Below are positions 12,301 through 16,204 of a stretch of DNA of 20,484 bases, in pieces (the stretch's first letter is position 1; the number at the start of each line of letters is the position of its first letter). This DNA is from Thecamonas trahens ATCC 50062. Its lineage: Eukaryota > Protista > Apusomonadida. Made by a program: the position numbers and the translations under genes. The stretch spans positions 164,495-184,978 of the forward strand of contig NW_013657614.1 in the NCBI RefSeq assembly GCF_000142905.1, in the 5' to 3' direction. Under the pieces are notes generated by a model. The model did not search any database, was not told the origin of the DNA, and saw only the letters and a program-made list of their open reading frames with translations.

Positions 12301-14126
12301 AGCGTGCCCTGGAACGACGGATTCGCCGCAAAGAGCTTGGCCCGAATCACATCGCGCGTCTCGCAAAAGAGTTTGAACCGCACGTTGGCCTTCCACGACG
12401 CAAGGAGCTTGTGGCGGATAAAGTTGGCAAAGAACGGGATCTTGCGGACAACGTTGAACATCGAGGCAGCCCGGACCCACCCGGCAAGCGGCGTAAACTC
12501 AGTCGCCTCGCCGGGCACCACATGCACCACGCCCATCTGCGACATAGTGTAGTGCTCGCGGTCAAGCCGCGCCGCATCGACCACTCGCAAGTTGTACGGC
12601 CGGTACTCGAGTGATGCTGGCGGTGACACGAGGTGCACAAACTTGACCGGGTCGCCCGGCCACGAGTGTGAGAAGAACTCGACCACATGCTCGGCCGTCT
12701 TGCACAGCTTGACAGCGTCAGCCGCCGAGAGATGCGACGCCCGAGACGATGCACCGCCCACAGATGCTGCCGGCGAGTACGCTGCCGACGACGATGACGC
12801 CGACGACGCCGAGCCGGCCGGAGACGACGCCCGAGGCGAGCACGGTCCCGACCCTGACTCCGGCTTTGACTCCGCCCATCCCGCGTCCTGCGGCAGCGCA
12901 GTTGTCTTGACATTGAACAGCTCCTCTAGCACAGGCAGCGTGTTGGCGTTGCGCCCGACAGTGTCCAGCGGTCCGGCCATAATCCGCGCCTTGGAGGAGA
13001 GCGACGCCGGCGAGTCTGGGTACACTGCCAGCGCTGTGTCGATCTTGCGGGCAGATACCGGGGTGATGGCCACAGACCGCAGCGCTGCCACAGAGTCTGG
13101 AACAAGCGCCGCCGCCGGCTTGGTGGCCGGCCGCATCGACCGCAGCAGTGTGTCGAGTGGTGTCGCCTCGCTCTCTCCCTCGTCGTCTCCGTCCGCCTCC
13201 GGTGTAAGTGAGGCCGAGATTTGAATGCCCAGTGGTGCATCGGCGGTCTCCAGCGATGCCGTCGGTGGGCGAAAGTCTGGCGGCGCATATGGCGACGCCG
13301 CAGCCGCGTCAAGCAGCTGCGCCCACGACTGCGCAATTCGCGTCCGCCGCGTGTCGCGCGACGCAGACAGCGGCCGCATTCGCGGCGCCACCGAGCTCGT
13401 GCCGGACGCGCCCAGCGGCGGGAGCAGTGATGCCTCCGTTGAGCCTTGCGTCGGCTTGGTCGGCGAGTGCAGCCGCGTCACCGTCGACTCGAGCTCGAGC
13501 TGGGCTTGGACCTCGGTCGGTGGCGGCGCGTTGACTCGGACAAAGTGCGGCGAGACCGACGAGGTCACCGCCGTCGCAGGCGCCATCTGTGACACATCGT
13601 ACGGGTAGACTTGTGAGATGTCGAACCGGAAGAGCGTGGGGTTCGGCTTGGACGGCGGCGTGGGCCCGACGCTCGCGCCACCTCTGCCCGCTCTCGCCAC
13701 CATCGCCGACGAGCTTGCTGTCGTCACCCGCAGCTTGTGTGCAGCACGGGCAGCGCGAGTCGATGCACTCGAGCTCCGCGTCGCAGCCGTCGTCGGTCGC
13801 GACCGGAGTGGCGCCAGCGAGGGACGGTCGAGAACACGCAGCTCGCGCGGGAAGAGCTGGCGGAGCTCGTCGAGCACACCTCCCGCAGGCGAGTTCCAAG
13901 GAGCATGCGCCAGTGCCTTGTGGGCTCTGCGAAGATAATGAACGAGTTGCAACGAGGGAGCAGAGACCAGCTCATGACGAGGAAAGGCTTCAAGCGCTTG
14001 TGTCAGCGAGGCCCATACATTGTCCGACTCTGCGTCCAGTGCCACCACCAACAGCTCGATCAACCGGTGCTCCAGCGCCGCCTGTGGGTCGTCTACCCCG
14101 AGGCACGGCTCCCAGATGCGCTCCAT
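381..14126 (-). CDS. DNAH6: Axonemal inner-arm (single-headed) dynein heavy chain, DNAH6/IAD-5-like; ~4581 aa from the preferred ATG at 14126
   Basis: Uninterrupted ORF with linker motif FPRFYFLSNDELL. AAA1 Walker A GPAGTGKT (8829-8852) and Walker B ACFDEFNR; AAA2 GGTGTGKT (7983-8006); AAA3 GKSGVGKS (6603-6626); AAA4 GPDGCGRRS (5544-5570). Stalk coiled coils flank an MTBD (~4230-4545) with a short flap. AAA5 WPLFIDPQGQA, AAA6 WVYLQNCHL, C-terminal YKT..RAGVLSTTG.STNFV. DNAH6-type strings (recalled): GRFFSGLAQ.GAW, IILYSEGF, SEQLSQQDHYDFG.RA.KSVLVMAG.LKR, LRD.NLPKFL. The dynein call is certain, and DNAH6 versus related IAD-5/DNAH14 paralogs needs a phylogeny. Start placed at Met49 (MERIWEP) because the upstream in-frame part runs through homopolymer tracts. 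Confidence 0.93.
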   Translation of the reverse strand: MERIWEPCLGVDDPQAALEHRLIELLVVALDAESDNVWASLTQALEAFPRHELVSAPSLQLVHYLRRAHKALAHAPWNSPAGGVLDELRQLFPRELRVLDRPSLAPLRSRPTTAATRSSSASTRAARAAHKLRVTTASSSAMVARAGRGGASVGPTPPSKPNPTLFRFDISQVYPYDVSQMAPATAVTSSVSPHFVRVNAPPPTEVQAQLELESTVTRLHSPTKPTQGSTEASLLPPLGASGTSSVAPRMRPLSASRDTRRTRIAQSWAQLLDAAAASPYAPPDFRPPTASLETADAPLGIQISASLTPEADGDDEGESEATPLDTLLRSMRPATKPAAALVPDSVAALRSVAITPVSARKIDTALAVYPDSPASLSSKARIMAGPLDTVGRNANTLPVLEELFNVKTTALPQDAGWAESKPESGSGPCSPRASSPAGSASSASSSSAAYSPAASVGGASSRASHLSAADAVKLCKTAEHVVEFFSHSWPGDPVKFVHLVSPPASLEYRPYNLRVVDAARLDREHYTMSQMGVVHVVPGEATEFTPLAGWVRAASMFNVVRKIPFFANFIRHKLLASWKANVRFKLFCETRDVIRAKLFAANPSFQGTLREVQFLATEIWRAPLLEVEANTTHTASTFAEAQATARETAKDMITDIALKLEQHVLVLCEAVLRRTQWSDAPIEAQKTAAKKAFSLVASSASSKLKSMVEEKEEYLAKLGAIAQAADEAQSLGRFIRLVDYLAVEALVHNVQASLEALLSVMTRGSDEGVFSLDVVFANKAMRFEPGLPHLLNMVDSAYDSMTAVAASFLRIITMRSMRQYLEPSTLAHLEGVSAASGYSLADPAAAAVARFTTGGARRGQDALRDLHSIRHLLSPAANARINGLLEAIHATVEADYSAAYFDARVLTPLLDIHTYGQQWSMEAYAASKPSAAKLREDLAMVSSWVLAVSRMRKSSVVGMFRVDSTQLKLGLVPVPSCILAEMKEHLAAAAHEACEATLNNMLNTRSKLLRKPDQLRAFAEFVDFVRTTQASRAAFDGAAANVDALYELMRSHNVEIDIPNRILIEELDAVRDSFDEVVDDAERYAESRLAEMNVSLNKHIASLEHHVVSILSDLYTGDYVDPEAQPVAVIEELNDVEASLNAAKSKAETFSGWQSLFEVESPHAYDSLTDAMDVYTMRRTIWSELHAWNDNVASWRSAVFRTVDTNEVKAAVQTSYAKAFKMAHKLPDDPVVALWKSSVEEFKLHLPLILDLGNPALKPRHWRKIFAALAVPFSDALRFSLADLFEANVVSIRELVAELSAAASGEYHLELTLTSIQDAWKGAKFSVLPYKKKGKLVRRVYILGSVRDLVAQLEEHQLVLTTILGSRFVYGIKGAVDEWVGKLNALAALLDEWLALQRNWMYLEVIFVQKDIQAQLPAETKTFQSVHELWVKFMQGVEANPSVMSVLADGANAQQMFAHANAYCEKVRKSLQEYLETKRSAFPRFYFLSNDELLSILAHIREPRAVLPHLKKCFSNLVSLRFVGGSGAERLGAERLSVFAMSSAEGEEVEFVEPVSAAGNVEVWLVKVEDMMHETLASLTESAMRAFAARGSIADLLSEYPAQVLLATEAINWTAGVESAIRRESHPTNPQTGALHYFQDSFNLQLESLVALARSSELSALDRAALAALIVADVHARDVVGALAASHTASIDDFGWQKQLRYYWEDDGMIVIRQTSAVFDYQYEYLGNTARLVITPLTERCYLTLTSALALSMGGAPLGPAGTGKTETTKDLAKALGQLCVVFNCSDGLDVVIMGRFFSGLAQTGAWACFDEFNRIDIEVLSVIAQQVLTIQQALMGRAAEFEFEGSLIPLVPSYGCFVTMNPGYAGRTELPDNLMALLRPVAMMIPDYALIAEIILYSEGFSGATRLASKIVTMYKLASEQLSQQDHYDFGLRALKSVLVMAGALKRRAGAGESEEVVLISALRDANLPKFLSQDIPLFLAIISDLFPDADAPERAESQLQSAVVAALEADDLEAEPAFVSKVMQLHETLLVRHGVMLVGGTGTGKTTCYEALAHARSRVAVAGRSSASIYGSPHGIGGRSRGIGDGGGVGDEAGVFGVRLNPKACELYGNFDATTNVWSDGVVASVVREVLALELRGTMSNSAIEVSRTVPYFPIEGRPEVGGCTFGGPFASSVPIPSDSGVSAARAEKWLVFDGPVDSLWIEDMNTVLDDNKMLCLASGERIKLPETLRMLFEVPDLAVASPATVSRCGMVFMESVHLSWHVQLAPWERATVRSGLLSAAEARRVASVLRDSILPAALAFVRRDDVVSGGHPAPETGMVASCLTLLTQLLREGVPTKVFGAGEDDEPAGEGEVDNEATSESGSLGGVSRADRDAVSMYVLFAVVWSVGGWLDAGSRAKFSAFVASSAEFAALVPSLASYLSHAESDSVFDVYVQELAPLGLGSGARLGTWNKVLDASRFVYDPRVAFYDTFVPTRAAVQYGAVMQLYLRGQRSVMVTGKSGVGKSATVGRLLASGGLGGKSVASVAFSGATRVATLQDGLEAKLVRHSATALGPPKGGEQLVFIDNLNMPKREVWGAAPPLELLRQLVGFGGMFDRQRLQWVKLVATEFVGAMAPPGGGASEVSPRLLRLFAQLHMAEPGREDMLEMFEPILRGFLRSFSEEVVALAEPLMVATIDLFVAIREELLPSPSKSHYTFNLRHVSQVVQGMLQLRSLGEMPAPESVLQLWAHEACRVFEDRLVSSGDRTWFETTLGSVASAKLGVSWPRRVLSNVLYATHLRAKNPGFYAPLELEDSGLDNAAAAASQFVAEYNVEHASESPLELVFFRDAVKHLARILRILRQPRGSALLLGPDGCGRRSLARVAAHVAGYEVASVELSKGYGPAEFREDVKGVLGRAAAGKHVVFLLSDAQMVDEAFYDDVSNLLNSGEVPQLYSDDEEAMLVSSLRDAAKEAGVDGSRHEVLAYAADMAREHLHIVLVMSPVGSGFRARIRQFPALVDCCTIDWFETWPREALLAVARARLSSSEAVVRVVGDAAALESVAQVAVSMYLSVAESTASFRASVRRAAYITPASFLRMLEQYEVLVGKRHAALSTRREHFESGVEQLEVFDGLVREMEEELKGMQPDLEKAAAEAAAILEQVAADQGKADEVKAHVEAEEAAVEATTKEMQVLRDSAASDLEEVMPIYDDALLALGALNRDDLSEVKQYIRPPELVTTVMDAVCLLQGIKPGWAEAKKMMNKDFISTLERFDKDHIPEEVLRKLGKMLRNPDFNPETVGHTSIAAKSLCQWVIAIENYARVFKKVEPKRIALAEAEAQFEETMVALTEKRAELESVQASVDALQAKYEAACGRQEFVASRIAETQARLERAAKLVKGLGGEAARWRATLAELTASSSVVAYDMLMAAGWVTYLGVFTPEYRSQLFAGWMAAAGEAGLPLSPAASLSLGNLLAEPVEVRSWVLDGLPGDEFSVQNAVLAREAVAWPLFIDPQGQAAAWVRAMEAGAGLVVTKVDDGKLLRLLQSAIPVGAPVLIEGVGDELPPVLLPLLSKSLIKVNNQVCVRVGDAEVFYHSDFKLYLATRSANPSYLPQVFNTVNVVNFCVTRSNLTDQLLGDVIRLERNELERVNDELTVSLAHDKNALAESEETILRMVAAASSTILDDDTLIDALDESRATAEVIKKRVREAEATRANIAAARNEYLPVARVGMLLYFVLVDLGSLDSMYQFSLAFFSGLFARTLASVPALADEASDAELGQHLSVLQDALLRSVYSAVARGLFKKDTPLFSLMIAVALLRETGAVWDELWAVFVAPGVVGSSSALDDGDGSGQARPLWVSASGWAEVCALDSVLAQRGHTGLAESMAVEARAQWEVWGSSDEPEAEALPWKSELEPSKAGAFVKLLVVKAAREDRFVACAEVVVSSVLGAAFVERVPASLAEVHRDSSATTPIILVLSSGSDPTQLVLEHAAAAGFGSKLRMLSLGQGQGERAEAHIVEAAKHGLWVYLQNCHLALSWLPKLDRLVAQLGSSMGVHPEFRLWLTSKPCEAFPAQLLRRGLKLTNEPPAGLRANLLRTFTNLTERQFVLDEAASPSESAVELVWRRLVYGLAFFHGVVQERRRFGALGWNVPYGWTDADLNVSLAMLREALTAEVGASGSGSEGGVRRAVSVPFDALLFMVGEIHYGGRITDEWDNRTLRSVLSVFVHPGLAESASESGVRFLSQGANDYGVPSASELKSLENLRKAVLARVPAHDEPGVFGLHPNAQLAAQQAESRALIQGLIATQAASGRGGRVGSGLHGSAGETVAVLIEELLGRVPAKLDEAEAGNGSLGSSRGEAVGSLGVVLAQEMARFNKLLEVVTTSLGSLARGIRGEVVMTSEMEAMFEDLLYARVPNVWAAVAYPSLKALVPWMDNLVERVQFMREWLVGGVPNSFWLSAFFFPQGFLTGVLQEHARAVHVPIDDLVFVTHVLEAGGRRSADSGGVVVHGLYLEGAGWAEGALCEATPGMLVQAMPPLWLEPKLRSEAGSAMLHAVVPMYKTRERAGVLSTTGRSTNFVLALKLPTRREGDDEVFVRRGAALMLEP

Positions 14127-14158
14127 ATCTCGTAGTGTTGAGGATGGGAGGTTATAGA

Positions 14159-14605
14159 GGGGGGGGGGAGGGGGGGAGGGGGGGGGGGGGGGGTAGTGGG
14201 GTGTGGGAGGGGGGGAGTGGAGTGACGGGAAGCAGACGGGGTGGGGTGGCGGCCGGCGGCGGCGGTTCATGCGGCCAACGGCGTTTGTGGCGCGGGCGGA
14301 GGCAGAGGCAGAGGCAGAGGCAGAGGCAGAGGCAGAGGGTTGGGGGGGGGGGCGATCTGGGGTTGATTGGGTAGAAAAGACCTAAGGAGAGGGGGGGGAG
14401 GGGGGGGAAGGGGGTTCGGTCAGGACAGGCTCGACATGAACATCTTTGTCCGCTCAAACACCCTCTTCCGCCTTTGGCCCGTCTTTGAGCAGCGACCAAA
14501 GGGGGCGAGTGTGGAGCAGCTACGCGGCTGATCGATCCGCGAATGCATACACCGCCGCCCGTGCCGAGGTATGCGAGGAAGAGGGGGGAGGGGGGGGGGG
14601 GGGGG
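14159..14605 (+). repeat. Cluster of poly-G tracts (G-quadruplex-competent): G10-A-G7-A-G16 at 14159-14193, G11 at 14342-14352, G-rich 14390-14414, G6-A-G16 at 14583-14605
   Basis: Seen directly. G4 formation is inference. Confidence 0.85.
14301..14336. repeat. (GGCAGA)6 hexanucleotide tandem repeat
   Basis: Six exact copies, preceded by a variant GGCGGA. Confidence 0.95.
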
Positions 14606-14771
14606 TTATTATGTGGCAGTAGCAATATCCTCATAGTAGCACTCGATTATACTCGATCAGCTTGTTTTCCCCTTTGATCATCGCTTCCGCGCCGTCTGCC
14701 TCATCGTAGGCAGACCGTCCAGACAGCTGGCAAGAAACAGGCGGGAAGACAAGCGAGGCGGCCACCAGCCG

Positions 14772-14813
14772 ACCACCACCACCCCACACCACCACCACCA
14801 CCACCACCACCAC
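14772..14813. repeat. Imperfect (CAC)n trinucleotide repeat just upstream of the PFDN5 ATG
   Basis: accaccaccacccc acaccaccaccaccaccaccaccaccac seen directly. Confidence 0.9.
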
Positions 14814-14827
14814 TCTACACAGAAGCA

Positions 14828-15959
14828 ATGGCTCAGCAGAACAAGGGCGTGGACCTGCGGTCGCTTCCGCTGGACAAGCTCCAGATGGTGGGCAAGTCCC
14901 TTGAACAGGTATGAAACAGAAAGTGGAGGCTGCAAGGNNNNNNNNNNNNNNNNNNNNNNNNNNNNNNNNNNNNNNNNNNNNNNNNNNNNNNNNNNNNNNN
15001 NNNNNNNNNNNNNNNNNNNNNNNNNNNNNNNNNNNNNNNNNNNNNNNNNNNNNNNNNNNNNNNNNNNNNNNNNNNNNNNNNNNNNNNNNNNNNNNNNNNN
15101 NNNNNNNNNNNNNNNNNNNNNNNNNNNNNNNNNNNNNNNNNNNNNNNNNNNNNNGGGGGGGGGGGTTGGAACCGGGGGCAAGGACATTGAGTGTGCAGGA
15201 GACGAGAGAGAGAAGGAGAAGGGGAGAGGAAGGGAAGGGGAGGGAAGGGAGACGGGAGCTGAGGGGAGGGAAGGGGGGAATGACTCATGTGTCTGCTGGT
15301 CTGGGTGGGAGGTTGTAGGACCTGGAGAACCTCACGGCGTCGTACTCGGGCCTGTCGGTGGCTGCCGCAAAGTTCCGGACCTCGCGGGCCTCGCTCGAGG
15401 CCATCAACGACGATAACCAGGGTATGTAGTTTGTAGCGGGCGGAAAGGAGGAGACTAGAGGTGGTGATGGGTTGGTGGCGTTGCGGGAAGGGACGGCGAG
15501 AAGGGATCGGTCGTGGCGTTGCCTTGTTGAGCTGCACAAGGCGAGGGATGAGGTGATGGCAGACGGACAGATGGTGGAGATGAGAGAAAGAAGTGGAAGG
15601 CGTGCGGAGGAGATGGGAGCACTCACTATTGATTGTCGATTACTGGCGGGGCGGGGATGATAGGCAAGGATGTGCTGCTGCCGCTGACGACGTCGATGTA
15701 TGTGCCGGGCAAGCTCGCAGACGTGTCCAAGGTCATGGTGGACGTTGGCACGGGATACTACGTGGAAAAGTCGATCCCGGATGCGCAGGCCTTCTTTGAC
15801 CGCAAGCTCGAGTTCCTCAAGTCCCAATCCGAGGCTGTGGAGAAGCAGATCGCCACCAAGAACCAGCAGTACCGCGTCCTCCGCCAGATTGCCGGCGAGG
15901 CTCAGGCAAAGGCCGAGGCTGAGGCCCGTGCCACTGCTGGTGCCTCCTCCTCCTCTTAA
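14828..15959 (+). CDS. PFDN5: Prefoldin subunit 5 (alpha class; GIM5/MM-1); join(14828..14908,15319..15421,15664..15959), 159 aa
   Basis: Spliced product MAQQNKGVDLRSLPLDKLQMVGKSLEQ|DLENLTASYSGLSVAAAKFRTSRASLEAINDDNQG|KDVLLPLTTSMYVPGKLADVSKVMVDVGTGYYVEKSIPDAQAFFDRKLEFL... contains the diagnostic PFDN5 hairpins LxPLTxSMYVPG and DVGTGYYVEK. Exons of 81+103+296=480 nt stay in frame using GT..AG introns. Confidence 0.95.
14909..15318 (+). other. PFDN5 intron 1 (phase 0; contains assembly gap 14938-15154)
   Basis: CAG|GTATGA donor, TTGTAG|GAC acceptor, putative branch GACTCAT at 15282-15288. Confidence 0.88.
14938..15154. other. Assembly gap (217 N)
   Basis: N run, flanked on the right by a poly-G tract. 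Confidence 0.99.
15422..15663 (+). other. PFDN5 intron 2 (phase 1, 242 nt)
   Basis: CAGG|GTATGT donor, GATAG|GC acceptor, putative branch ACTCAC at 15621-15626. The join restores NQG-KDVLLPLT. Confidence 0.9.
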
Positions 15960-15962
15960 ACA

Positions 15963-16160
15963 CCCCCCCCCCCCCCCCCCCCAACCCACTCCATCCCTCC
16001 TCCTTCTCGGCCAGCCATACTCCAACTCGGCTCGTTCCCGCCTGAACCACCACCGAAGGCCAACGCCCAGCCGCAACCCCCACACATCCCCCAAACCGGC
16101 ACAACCCACCGCTCTCTCTCCTCCCCTCCCCCTTCCTTCCCACACACACACATACACACA
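15963..16160. repeat. C20 homopolymer (15963-15982), pyrimidine tract (~16112-16140) and (CA)n (~16141-16160) in the PFDN5-ankyrin spacer
   Basis: Seen directly. Confidence 0.85.
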
Positions 16161-16204
16161 AGCAAACGCGTGCACGTGGCTTTGGACGGCCACTGAGCGA
16201 TCAC

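Larger units (their letters stand above)
14127..14827. promoter_or_regulatory. Divergent (bidirectional) promoter/5'UTR region shared by the dynein heavy chain and PFDN5
   Basis: Inferred from head-to-head ATGs at 14126 (-) and 14828 (+). Has a short AT-richer patch (14606-14680) flanked by G tracts. TSSs cannot be determined. Confidence 0.6.

Noticed and set aside
14127-14270. 48-aa Pro-rich N-terminal extension of the dynein ORF from ATG 14270
   Set aside because: It is encoded by poly-C homopolymer tracts (on the - strand) typical of local non-coding DNA. ATG 14126 marks the start of normal codon usage. Not strictly excluded.
14203-14385. 60-aa ORF with AEAEAE repeat
   Set aside because: Translation of the GGCAGA microsatellite and G tracts.
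14436-14531. Ubiquitin/FUBI-like protein (MNIFVR...)
   Set aside because: The resemblance is limited to the first few residues and the ORF stops after 31 codons without the ubiquitin fold or di-Gly.
14523-14550. HDV-like ribozyme suggested by GCGAA after a hairpin
   Set aside because: No upstream P2 partner or P1/P3 nested double pseudoknot could be built.
15633-15959. 108-aa ORF as a standalone gene
   Set aside because: It is exon 3 of PFDN5, and its first residues come from intron 2.
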